A DNA stretch of 61,321 nt, the filler included, from Candidatus Babelota bacterium (GTDB lineage: Bacteria; JAGOBX01), in NCBI GenBank assembly GCA_017999075.1. It is 6 parts of 6 records of this genome, joined end to end, with 100 filler letters (N's around TTAATTAATTAA, not from the genome) between each part and the next. Parts side by side here need not be neighbours in the genome. Positions count along the whole stretch, not along the records: positions 41,094 to 51,192 come from JAGOBX010000090.1; positions 51,293 to 61,321 come from JAGOBX010000091.1; 4 more parts are not named here. One strand, given 5' to 3'. Below, piece after piece: positions 42,439 through 51,871 of the stretch. The notes below the pieces were generated by a model that saw only the letters and a program-made list of their open reading frames with translations, did not search any database and was not told the DNA's origin. How positions within the stretch are numbered: the stretch's first letter is position 1; each line of letters begins with the position of its first letter. A program made the translations under genes and the position numbers.

Positions 42439-43905
42439 TTATTGAACCTGATAAACAACAATAGAATTCGTGACTGCGTTTGTTCCTTTTAATCCGGAAA
42501 GGATTAAGATATACTGACCGGTTTTTGCAAATTTTAAGTTTACTGCTATATTGCTTGCATATTTGACAAAATCATTGAATTTAAATTCTTTGTTTGCAAG
42601 AAAAGGATAAACTCCCCATATCAAATTCATTTGCCTGAGAACAGATTCAGATTTAGTAATTGCAATTATAGGCGCTGCCGGTTTGTCAGCTGCTACAAAA
42701 CGCGCTGTAGAACCTGTTCTTGTCAATACCGCAATGCATCTTATGCTTAAATCTCTTGAAATTTGAGATGTTGCAGCGCTTATGGCATCAAGCATAGGCT
42801 CGAGCTTTTTATTGGTGTCAATATTAAAATTGAATTTTACGCTTGCCCATTGGTTAGATTCTACTTCCCTTAAAATTGAATCCATCATAGCTACTGTTTC
42901 CACGGGAAATTTTCCTACAGCGGTTTCTCCGGACAGCATAACAGCATCGCTCCCGCTCATGCATGCTGCTGCCACGTCTGTAACTTCTGCTCTGGTAGGT
43001 CTTGAATTTTCAATCATGCTTTCCAGCATTTGAGTAGCGACTATGACAGGTTTCCCGAATTTATTTGCAAGTTTAATAAGTTCGTTTTGTATTAAAGGAA
43101 CCTTTTGCTGCGGAAGTTCCACTCCAAGATCGCCTCGGGCAACCATAATGCCGTCTGAAATTTCAATTATTTTATTGATATTTGCAAGAGCTTCAGGTTT
43201 TTCTATTTTTGATATTACAGGAATATTTTTTTTATATCGTTTTAACAAGTTTTTAAGTTCGATAATATCTGATTCTTTTCTGACAAAAGATAACGCAATA
43301 TAATCTACATTGCTTTTAATGCAGTATTTGACGTCTTTTTTATCTTTTTCAGTTAATGCAGAGATTTTTAAATTCGTATCCGGCAGATTCATACCTTTGT
43401 GATCTTTCAATATTCCGCCGCGTATTACAACCGCTTCCAGCTCCGTATTATTAGATTTTTTTATAACTTTAACTTCCATAGCTCCGTCGTTCAGCAATAT
43501 TCTTTGTCCTGTTTTAACTTCTTTTATAAGACCTTTATACTGGGATGGAATAATGTTTTCGGAACCTATTACGGATTTAACGGTTATAATGATTTTTTTT
43601 CCTTCAACAAGGGTTATAAATCCGTTTTTAAATTTTCCTACCCTTATTTTAGGGCCGCATAAATCTGCAAGAACAGCAACGTGTTTATTTAACTTTTTTG
43701 CTGTATCTCTGATTTTTTTTATGTTTTTACAATGTTCTTCAGGATCACCGTGAGAAAAATTTATTCGAAAAACATTGACTCCTTTTTGAATGAGTTTGGA
43801 TAAAATTTCATCAGGAGATGATGCTGGCCCCAAGGTTGCAACAATTTTTGTTCTTCGGAATATCAGATAATGATTTGAAAAATCAATTATATTTTTTTTA
43901 TTCAT
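42439..43905 (-). CDS. pyk: Pyruvate kinase
   Basis: RRTKIVATLGPAS, RINFSHG, DLCGPKIR, KIEK, MVARGDLGVE, ATQMLESM, PTRAE, MLSGETA. Confidence 0.97.
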   Translation of the reverse strand: MNKKNIIDFSNHYLIFRRTKIVATLGPASSPDEILSKLIQKGVNVFRINFSHGDPEEHCKNIKKIRDTAKKLNKHVAVLADLCGPKIRVGKFKNGFITLVEGKKIIITVKSVIGSENIIPSQYKGLIKEVKTGQRILLNDGAMEVKVIKKSNNTELEAVVIRGGILKDHKGMNLPDTNLKISALTEKDKKDVKYCIKSNVDYIALSFVRKESDIIELKNLLKRYKKNIPVISKIEKPEALANINKIIEISDGIMVARGDLGVELPQQKVPLIQNELIKLANKFGKPVIVATQMLESMIENSRPTRAEVTDVAAACMSGSDAVMLSGETAVGKFPVETVAMMDSILREVESNQWASVKFNFNIDTNKKLEPMLDAISAATSQISRDLSIRCIAVLTRTGSTARFVAADKPAAPIIAITKSESVLRQMNLIWGVYPFLANKEFKFNDFVKYASNIAVNLKFAKTGQYILILSGLKGTNAVTNSIVVYQVQ

Positions 43906-44035
43906 ATATGTTTTTATTTATCTCCTGTAAAAATTATAAAAAATATTTTTTCGATTGCTGTTTTTTTTATCATTCAAGACAAAAATAGTAATTTTTATGA
44001 AAATTAAATGCAAAATATAAAATTATCTGAATTGA

Positions 44036-47000
44036 CTAAACCGATATTTTATTATCATAAAAACTGAATAACCCATCTACGATTTCCGATTTGATATTAA
44101 ATAAATTCAAATTACTGAAATTGGAAATCATATCTGATTTTATTTGATCAAGACGCAATTTTGCTTCAAACTGGTTATTGATTTTGTCATTAGAACTGTA
44201 TAGCGAATCAATACGCGAATGACCGTAATCAATAGCTCCGTTTAATAATTCGGAAATTCCTCTTATATTGTTGAGTTCTGTTTCAACAATATTTTTGGCA
44301 TTTGCGTATATCGCATAAACTTCGCGGGGAGTTTTGAATTTTATGTTATCATAATATATTCCCAATTGTTTTGTTGTTAATTGGTTAGGAAGCCCGATAT
44401 CTATTTCGTCCATATTTTCACTGCTTAATATTTTTATATCATTAATTTCTACATTAAAGGAATATTCTCCGGGTTTTATGTTGTTATAAAAATCAGAGTT
44501 AGCACTATCCCATATAACGGAAATAGCAGAATTACCGTTTCCTACAATGTTTTCTCTGCCTTCGTAAATATTAGTTTTAGGTCCTCCATTGAATGAAGCG
44601 ACAGCCTGATGAGATAATTTTAATTGAATCGTATCTCCTGAAGCAAAAACATTATCTGCAGATGCAGGAGCTACTCCGTTAGCATTAACTTTACCGTTAA
44701 TAAAATCATCCCATCCCTGTATAGAAATATCTATTGAAGTTTTTCCGCCGTCTGCTCCTGTTTTAGTGAAAGTATTTGTAGTAGCTCCGTTTTGAGCCAT
44801 TTGTATATAATTATCGGCATTCGGAGCAGTATCATTAGTGAGTTGACCTGACTGATTACTGTAGACTTTCCAATTTCCTGAACCAGCATAAACTAAATAT
44901 ACTGTTTCGTTAGTGTAAGTTGCCTCGTCATTAATTTTTGTGTTGCTGCTGTCGAAAAAATTGTTTGCGGCAGACACATTGTCTTTATCAGAATGGAAAT
45001 CATAACTGAACTGAACTTTCTGAAAATAATTGTCTGTTTGTAAGAAAAAGATTTTATTATCTTCAAAAATTACCGGATTTTTTCCGCTCGGTAAATTTGT
45101 TCCTGTTGTTTTCCATATTTCTGAAACCTGGCTTAAAGAATTACTGTCGTATGATGAATCGAAGTCTATCACTGATTTTGAAAGGTAAATGCTTTTATCA
45201 TCTGATTTTCTGAAAAATAATCCGCCGTATTCATCAGCGTAGGTTAATGAATAATTTGATTTTTGTTCGATTGAAGTTGTTCCTGAAGTATTATCAAAAT
45301 CAGCGTTTTGAACGACAGCATCTTTTATTCTCAAACTAAAACTATCGCCGAAACTATAAGGTTCATTATCAATATTTAATTTTAAAAACGATGAATTGAC
45401 CTGTGAATTTGAAATACTGTAAAAATTATTTTTAGATGAATCATTCAGATGAGCTTCATCTGGATCAATTTCAAGATCCCCGTCAGAAATATCTGTTTGC
45501 GTCGGGTTTACATTTATCCAGAAATTATCGCCTGAAGCCACATTCCCCAGTGAACCGTATTTTTGACTGTTGACTTCCCATATTCCGTTTGTTTCATCTA
45601 TAAGATTGAAAGAAATATAATCTTCAACAATATATTTTCCGAAACTGCCGATATTATCCGCAATAGAATCAATTGATACTTTATCTGAAGTTATATCTCC
45701 GCTTATTATGTCGTCATAAGGTTTAAGATTAATTAAATTGTATCTGTCGCTTAAACTTGTAGAAGGAGAAGAAGAATAATATCTGTAATTTTCTGCAATA
45801 TAGTCATTTGATAAACCGATATTTTTATAAGTATTTCCGCTTATAGAACCCTGCATAACAGTTTTGTTGTTGCTGCTGTCAGCAGGATCAATTTCAGTAA
45901 CAAAATTTGAAATGATCTGATATGAAGATTCTTCGTATAATTTTACAAGAGTATATTTTGAAGTTGCATCAGGAGTTGTTGCCCAATTTGCATCTATGCT
46001 TGCTGTTTTTGTTGTTCCGTCATAATCTGTTATTTTTCTGAATTGGCCTACGCCTGTTCCATCAGTGATAAAAACTCCCCACCCATTAAAATAATCGTCT
46101 ATTCCTGAATATGTATCATCGAAAGTAATGCTGCCTGCGGTTTGCGTTACTGCAGAATGGTTGTTTCCTGTATATTGTTCGGTTGAATCAGTAAGCATTA
46201 CCATAAATTTTGAAGTATTATTTGGAGCAATATCCCAATCGCTTGCAACTGTTGCTGTTCTTGTGCCTCCGGTATATATAGATATATCTTTATATTGTCC
46301 AGCGCCCGGGCCTCCTGTTATAAAGACAGTGTATCCTTTATAAAATGTTGTGAAAGAATCGTTGGTTGTTCCAGGGATATCAGGAAACCTTATTGTTGAT
46401 ATAGAACCGCTTCCTGCCGTGTATTCCGATATAGTTGAACTGAACGGAATCGAATTCGGGAGCTGCATAAGTTTGAATTTTGAATTTAAATCAGGAGTAG
46501 TGGTCCAGTTATCAACTGTCGCTGTTTTAGTAGTTCCGTCATAATCTGTAATTCTTCTGAATTGTCCTGCGCCTGTTCCAGAAGTAATATAAATTCCCCA
46601 ATTATTGTAATAATCGTTTAATGAACTTGACAAAGAAGATGATTTTATAGTGTTTGCGCCTATTGCGGTTATGGTTAAATTATCTGTTCCGTAAAATGTA
46701 TTTTCTATCGTAGCAATTTTAGTAGTTCCGTCATAATCAGTTATGGTATTGTATGTGCCTGCGCCTGTTCCGTTATTTATGTAGAACGCCATACCTGTAT
46801 AAAAATCGTCTTCGCTTGACGATGATTCGTTTAACTGAATTGTATTTTGAGTAGTATTATTGAATTGCAGTAAAGCATTTTCTTCAATAATTCCGCTGTA
46901 TCCTATATAATATTTTCCGTCTGAACTTTTAAGTATTTCCGGATAGCTTGCAGGACTTGATATGCTGTCGGAAAGTTCTGTTATTGAACCTGCATTGCTG

Positions 47001-49477
47001 TAATCCGTGTCAGTTACATCAAAATATTTTATCGGATGATATATATAATATTTGGAAGAAGAGGTCGTACGGCTTAATAAAGGTTCATTTAACCATGCAT
47101 TTTTGTTGACTCCGTCGTATGAAGAAATAGTCCGCACCTGACTTCCTATAGATATCTGCATGCCTGTATAATAATTATCCACGCTGCTTGCAGTTGATTC
47201 GAGTTTGACATACTGGTTTGTAGTTGATTTTACGAAACCTGCTTCGGTTTGTTTGAATACAGCCATTTTTCCGTCTGCATCTATGTAAGAAGAAGATAAA
47301 GTTCCTCCAGGCAATCCTAAATTTTTTATGAATGTATATGTGCTGGCTGCTACAGCAGCAGGATCAGCCCAATTACTGTCAACTGTAGCTGTTTTTGTTA
47401 TTTCATTGTAAGCTGTGACAGTTTTAGATTCATTGTTTACTGTTATTATTGAACCAACATAGGAATTTGCAGTGGCTGAAGCAGTGGCTGCGAGAGTAAT
47501 TGTGTTTGCAGTAGCTCCAGTTGCGGTGCCGCTGTGATTTGCGCTGATTATTGCAGCGTCTTTAAATATATTTGATGTTGTAGCTCCTTCAAAATTGTAA
47601 ATTTTAATTTTTTGCGAATCAATATTGTCGTTATAAACAATAGAATATTTTCCTGATTCGTATTCTGTAATATCATATTTCGAACTTGAATCTCCGCCGG
47701 CTATTTTGACTCCGGTATAATACGGCTTAAGATAATTAGCCGAACTTTCGTTCATATCAAGAGAATATAACCCTGATGAATACAGCTTATATTGGGTAGT
47801 ATTGTCAGGTCTGTTATAATCACTTGTAAAAGTAACCTGGTATACTGAAGAAGCATTAGGTATAATATTGTTTATTACATATTGAGATGTAGTATTTATA
47901 GCTACATCAATTGTGTAATCCTGACCTGTTATTGTGCTGCCGTCTCCGTCTGCCCAGTTACTGTTTACAGTTGCTGTTTTAGTGGCGCCGTTATATGCTG
48001 TAATGGTTTTTATTTCTCCATTAACATTTATTTCAGAACCTGTATATGCATCATTAACAGCAGAAGCTCCTGCGCTGAATGTTATAGTATTTGCAGTTGC
48101 AGCTGCAGAAACACCGCCGTGATTAAGAATTCCCTGTTCGGATATGTTCCAATCCGAATCAACAGTAATTTCATTTGTAGTTGCGTTATAAGCTGTTATA
48201 TTTTTTGTGGAATTTGTTATTCCTGCGGTTAAAGTTACAGAAGCTCCAGAATAATAATTTGTATAAGTTTTTATGTCTCCTGATTCGAGAGCTAAAGTGT
48301 TGGTTCCGCTTCCTGCGCTTGCTGCATTTCCTGTAACGTTAGTATTCCAATCCGTATCTAAAGTTAAAGTATTTGTTCCGTTATTGTAAGCTGAAACAGT
48401 TCTGATTTCTCCTGCAGCAGGTCCTGAAATTATTTTTACTGATGCGCTGGTATAATTTAAGTCGGGAGCGTCATCAGCTAATATTATTGTATCCAAAGCT
48501 GCTCCGTTTTTTGCCTGTGCTTTATGAGTCGTCCAATCGCTGTCAACTGTCGCAGTATAAGTAGATGCATCGTACGCTGAAATTGTTTTAGTTTGAGAAT
48601 AACCGCTGCCTGAAGTGAGAGTTATTGTAGAACCTGCATAAAAATCATTTATATCTTTTCCGATTGGATCAAGATCAGCAGAATTAAATTGTATTGTGTT
48701 ATTTCCTCCGCCTGAACCTGCCGCTGTTCCCGAAGAAGATGTCTGACCTACGAATAATCCAACGTCTCCGGCTTTTTTTAAACCGTACATATTTATTATT
48801 CCATCTACGCTAATTTTTGAACCGATATTTACTTCGTATGCCCCGCCAGATTTGCTTGCTCCGTAAACTTTGCTTAAATCAAATTCAATATTATTTTCAA
48901 ATTCGATTTCCAGATTATTTGCGCCTGCTGAAATTTCGTTGGATGAATAAGAAACGCCGTTTATTGAAAAAGTTTCTGGAACTGATAGTGTTCCTGAAAA
49001 GTTTGAGCCGCTTAAAGTTGTAACATTCGGATCAATAGTTTTTTCTGCTGAAAAGATTTTTTTGTTTGCTAATTCTGTAATGCTCAGATAATCTTCAATT
49101 TTTGAATTGATATCTTTTAATTTTTCAGAAAGCGATGAAATGCTGTTTATGGTTTGTTCACTGTCGTTTAATTTATAATCAAAAAAGTTTGTAAGCACAA
49201 TTTTTGCTTCTTCAAGAAGATTTATAATTTCTTTGTAAGAATTTTCTGAATAATCTATTCCTACTATACCTTCCTGGAGGCTTTTTCTTACTCCATTCAT
49301 AGCATAAGTTAAATTATATATGAAAGAAGGCATAACAGCCTGAAAATTTGCAGATATGGTTTCTCTGTCTAAACCATAAGCATCATCAATTTTTGACAGT
49401 TTTGATTGTAATACATTTGAAATTTTTGTAAATTGCGACTGAATTGCAGAAGAATTGGAAACTTGATTTAAAGACAT
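44036..49477 (-). CDS. Giant flagellin-like protein (1813 aa) with a repeat-rich central insert
   Basis: N-terminal ~145 aa follow the flagellin pattern (KIDDAYGL~DDAAGL; LQEGI..IDYSENSYKEIINLL~QDGISLIQTAEGALNEI..IL; TELANKKIF~TEFNGKKLL); last ~130 aa helical like the flagellin C-terminus; no signal peptide. Confidence 0.68.
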   Translation of the reverse strand: MSLNQVSNSSAIQSQFTKISNVLQSKLSKIDDAYGLDRETISANFQAVMPSFIYNLTYAMNGVRKSLQEGIVGIDYSENSYKEIINLLEEAKIVLTNFFDYKLNDSEQTINSISSLSEKLKDINSKIEDYLSITELANKKIFSAEKTIDPNVTTLSGSNFSGTLSVPETFSINGVSYSSNEISAGANNLEIEFENNIEFDLSKVYGASKSGGAYEVNIGSKISVDGIINMYGLKKAGDVGLFVGQTSSSGTAAGSGGGNNTIQFNSADLDPIGKDINDFYAGSTITLTSGSGYSQTKTISAYDASTYTATVDSDWTTHKAQAKNGAALDTIILADDAPDLNYTSASVKIISGPAAGEIRTVSAYNNGTNTLTLDTDWNTNVTGNAASAGSGTNTLALESGDIKTYTNYYSGASVTLTAGITNSTKNITAYNATTNEITVDSDWNISEQGILNHGGVSAAATANTITFSAGASAVNDAYTGSEINVNGEIKTITAYNGATKTATVNSNWADGDGSTITGQDYTIDVAINTTSQYVINNIIPNASSVYQVTFTSDYNRPDNTTQYKLYSSGLYSLDMNESSANYLKPYYTGVKIAGGDSSSKYDITEYESGKYSIVYNDNIDSQKIKIYNFEGATTSNIFKDAAIISANHSGTATGATANTITLAATASATANSYVGSIITVNNESKTVTAYNEITKTATVDSNWADPAAVAASTYTFIKNLGLPGGTLSSSYIDADGKMAVFKQTEAGFVKSTTNQYVKLESTASSVDNYYTGMQISIGSQVRTISSYDGVNKNAWLNEPLLSRTTSSSKYYIYHPIKYFDVTDTDYSNAGSITELSDSISSPASYPEILKSSDGKYYIGYSGIIEENALLQFNNTTQNTIQLNESSSSEDDFYTGMAFYINNGTGAGTYNTITDYDGTTKIATIENTFYGTDNLTITAIGANTIKSSSLSSSLNDYYNNWGIYITSGTGAGQFRRITDYDGTTKTATVDNWTTTPDLNSKFKLMQLPNSIPFSSTISEYTAGSGSISTIRFPDIPGTTNDSFTTFYKGYTVFITGGPGAGQYKDISIYTGGTRTATVASDWDIAPNNTSKFMVMLTDSTEQYTGNNHSAVTQTAGSITFDDTYSGIDDYFNGWGVFITDGTGVGQFRKITDYDGTTKTASIDANWATTPDATSKYTLVKLYEESSYQIISNFVTEIDPADSSNNKTVMQGSISGNTYKNIGLSNDYIAENYRYYSSSPSTSLSDRYNLINLKPYDDIISGDITSDKVSIDSIADNIGSFGKYIVEDYISFNLIDETNGIWEVNSQKYGSLGNVASGDNFWINVNPTQTDISDGDLEIDPDEAHLNDSSKNNFYSISNSQVNSSFLKLNIDNEPYSFGDSFSLRIKDAVVQNADFDNTSGTTSIEQKSNYSLTYADEYGGLFFRKSDDKSIYLSKSVIDFDSSYDSNSLSQVSEIWKTTGTNLPSGKNPVIFEDNKIFFLQTDNYFQKVQFSYDFHSDKDNVSAANNFFDSSNTKINDEATYTNETVYLVYAGSGNWKVYSNQSGQLTNDTAPNADNYIQMAQNGATTNTFTKTGADGGKTSIDISIQGWDDFINGKVNANGVAPASADNVFASGDTIQLKLSHQAVASFNGGPKTNIYEGRENIVGNGNSAISVIWDSANSDFYNNIKPGEYSFNVEINDIKILSSENMDEIDIGLPNQLTTKQLGIYYDNIKFKTPREVYAIYANAKNIVETELNNIRGISELLNGAIDYGHSRIDSLYSSNDKINNQFEAKLRLDQIKSDMISNFSNLNLFNIKSEIVDGLFSFYDNKISV
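45905..48745 (-). repeat. About 10 copies of a ~70-aa intragenic repeat (NTI.L...S...D.Y.G..I.IT.G.G.GQ.R.IT.YDG.TK.ATVD..W...PD.TS.Y)
   Basis: Seen in the protein (e.g. GTGAGQFRRITDYDGTTKTATVD, GTGVGQFRKITDYDGTTKTASID) and in DNA (GTTCCGTCATAATC near 46014, 46533 and 46725). Confidence 0.9.
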
Positions 49478-49482
49478 TTTTA

Positions 49483-49515
49483 TCCTCCCTGTTGTCTGTA
49501 ATCAAAATCCGTTTG
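49483..49515 (-). promoter_or_regulatory. Candidate CsrA-binding leader and RBS of the flagellin-like gene
   Basis: Minus strand CAAA-CGGAT-TTTG hairpin with GGA in the loop, then CAGGGAGGA Shine-Dalgarno. Confidence 0.45.
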
Positions 49516-49540
49516 TTTATGTAAACCTTATTCTATTATT

Positions 49541-49569
49541 AATATATCAAAATTTTATACTAATGTCAA
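49541..49569 (-). promoter_or_regulatory. Sigma70-type promoter of the flagellin-like gene
   Basis: Minus strand TTGACA(49569-49564)-17 nt-TATATT(49546-49541), with TG extended -10. Confidence 0.6.
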
Positions 49570-49605
49570 TTTTTATTTATTATTTTTTAAATATATAAGA
49601 TTTTG

Positions 49606-49634
49606 TTGACATATCCTGCATTTTAAAATATAAT
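49606..49634 (+). promoter_or_regulatory. Consensus sigma70 promoter of rhomboid-murI
   Basis: TTGACA(49606-49611)-17 nt-TATAAT(49629-49634). Confidence 0.75.
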
Positions 49635-49677
49635 TATTAACAAAATTTAGATATTTTTTCAAGGATTTTATAAAAAT

Positions 49678-50613
49678 ATGAATAGTAATAATAACTTTAG
49701 ATACGAATCTGTTTCTTTTGCCGTTCCTGCGTTTACTACTGTAATAAAAACTATAGTAATTATAAATGCCGCATTGTTTTTTTTAGATAATATTTTTTCT
49801 AATCTCAATATTTCATATTATTTTGTGTGGTCATATAATGCTATAATATATAAATATGAAGTGTGGCGGTTATTTACTTATTCATTTGCTCATTTGAATT
49901 TGCCTGATTTAATTTTAAATATGCTTATACTATGGATGTTTGGTTCTGAATTGGAAAATAAATGGGGAACGAAATTTTTTGTTAAATATTATTTGGTATC
50001 GGTTATAGGTGCAGGAATTTTATCTCTTCCGTTTGCAATAAACAGCAGTATGCCGTTATGGGGTGCAAATGCGGTAATTTTGAGTTTGCTTACTGCATAT
50101 GCCGTGAGTTCCCCTAATAAAATAGTTTATTTTATGATGTTTTTTCCTATGAAAGTAAAATGGCTCGTTGCTGTCATAGGGTGTATAAATTTACTTATGG
50201 TTAAACCGGACGATAGCAGCAGCCTTATGTATTTGCTTCATATTAACGGAATTGCCGCAGGATTTATTTATTTAAAGTATTCTATAATTATTGATATGAT
50301 AAAAAATAAATTCCGCAGAAGAAATATTTTTGTTGATAATTTGAAATATATTAAAAATTCCGGATATAAAAAAAATTACGATAAAATTAATATTTATTCG
50401 TTTAATGATACTAAAACTTCAATAGATTCGCGAAAAACGGGAAAAAATGAAGTTAAATCAGAAATAATAGATTTGGATAAAAAAATTGATGAAGTTCTGG
50501 ATAAGATTAAAAATAACGGAATGGATTCGCTTAATTATGAAGAAAAAATGTTTTTAAAACGCGCCAGTCATTTATTGAAAAATAAATATTCTGAAAATAA
50601 TGTTAAGGATTGA
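49678..50613 (+). CDS. Rhomboid-family membrane protein with small C-terminal domain; catalytic Ser apparently absent
   Basis: VWRLFTYSFAH, NMLILWMFGSELE..WG, HING; C-terminal IDEVLDKIKNNGMDSLNYEEKMFL. Confidence 0.85.
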   Translation: MNSNNNFRYESVSFAVPAFTTVIKTIVIINAALFFLDNIFSNLNISYYFVWSYNAIIYKYEVWRLFTYSFAHLNLPDLILNMLILWMFGSELENKWGTKFFVKYYLVSVIGAGILSLPFAINSSMPLWGANAVILSLLTAYAVSSPNKIVYFMMFFPMKVKWLVAVIGCINLLMVKPDDSSSLMYLLHINGIAAGFIYLKYSIIIDMIKNKFRRRNIFVDNLKYIKNSGYKKNYDKINIYSFNDTKTSIDSRKTGKNEVKSEIIDLDKKIDEVLDKIKNNGMDSLNYEEKMFLKRASHLLKNKYSENNVKD

Positions 50614-50616
50614 TTT

Positions 50617-51192
50617 ATGATTGAAAATATTTGCTGTAATCCTATAGGCGTGTTTGATTCCGGATTAGGAGGGTTAACTGTAGTCCGTGAATTGAGAAAA
50701 CTTCTTCCTTTTGAAAACATAATTTATTACGGCGATACAGCTCGTGTTCCATATGGTTCAAAATCCAAAAAAAAAATAATTGAATTTTCTATTGAAAATG
50801 CGAAATTTCTTTTGCTTCATAATGTTAAGATTATTGTAATCGCCTGCAATACTTCTACTGCAGCAGCTCTTGATGAAATAAAAAAGGTTTCAAAAGTTCC
50901 AGTGGTCGGAGTTATTAATCCTGGTGTTAAAATAGCTGCGTCAAAAACAAATAATAAAAAAATCGGAGTTATCGGAACTTTAGGAACGATAAGCAGCGAA
51001 GCTTACACAAGGCATCTGCTTGATTTGAATGATAATATACATATTTATTCTCAGCCGTGTCCGTTGTTTGTTCCTCTTGTGGAAGAAGGCTGGACAGATA
51101 AACACATTACAGAACTTGTTATTTCCGAATATCTGACGCCGTTAAAAATTGCCGGTATTGACACTCTGATTCTGGGATGCACGCATTATCCT
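50617..51192 (+). CDS. murI: Glutamate racemase, 3'-truncated
   Basis: IGVFDSGLGGLTV, DTARVPYG, IACNT, LGCTHYP. Confidence 0.96.
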
Positions 51193-51292
51193 NNNNNNNN
51201 NNNNNNNNNNNNNNNNNNNNNNNNNNNNNNNNNNNNTTAATTAATTAANNNNNNNNNNNNNNNNNNNNNNNNNNNNNNNNNNNNNNNNNNNN
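51193..51292. other. Artificial contig linker
   Basis: N44-TTAATTAATTAA-N44. Confidence 0.98.
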
Positions 51293-51550
51293 ATTTTCAC
51301 CGTACATCATATCAAGATGCCATTCTTTAGCAATATGATCCCTATATTCTATCATTTCGGCTATTTTATAATGTGTATCTATGTGCACTAAAGGAAATGG
51401 CACGTGTCCAAAAAAAGCCTTTCGCGCAAGCCACAGCATTACAGTACTGTCTTTACCTATTGACCACAACATACATAAATTTTTAAATTCACTGTATGCT
51501 TCTCTTAAAATATATATGCTGTCATTTTCTAATTTTTCAAGATGATTCAT
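51293..51550 (-). CDS. cysD: Sulfate adenylyltransferase subunit 2, 3'-truncated by contig end
   Basis: [42 protein letters not shown]. Confidence 0.9.
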
Positions 51551-51588
51551 AAAAATTTCCCTACAAACAATCCTCTGAATTTATTTTC

Positions 51589-51858
51589 TTATATTATGGG
51601 AATGTATCCAATTATTAAACATAAATTCCATTCAACTGCTTTCTCATCGCGAAATTTTATCATTTCAGGAATTTTATAAGTAGTATCTATATGAATTACA
51701 GGAAACGGGCAATGTCCTAAAAACGCTTTTTTTACAAGCCACAACATAACAGTTGAATCTTTACCTATTGACCACAGCATAGCCGGATTTTTAATTTTAT
51801 TATAAGCCTCACGAATTATATAAATTGATTCATTCTCAAGTTCAGATAAATAATCCAT
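51589..51858 (-). pseudogene. cysD: Truncated second cysD copy (89 aa)
   Basis: [41 protein letters not shown], then a stop; only 38 nt to the next cysD start. Confidence 0.7.
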
Positions 51859-51871
51859 TTTTTCTAAATCC

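Noticed and set aside
45905-48745. Recurring DNA motifs considered as a CRISPR array
   Set aside because: Degenerate, in-frame, irregularly spaced at about 190 nt or more, and explained by protein repeats
7746-49477. fliN, the cheY-like gene, the che cassette and the giant flagellin-like gene as one motility locus
   Set aside because: They lie on four different contigs; co-location in the window is an artefact
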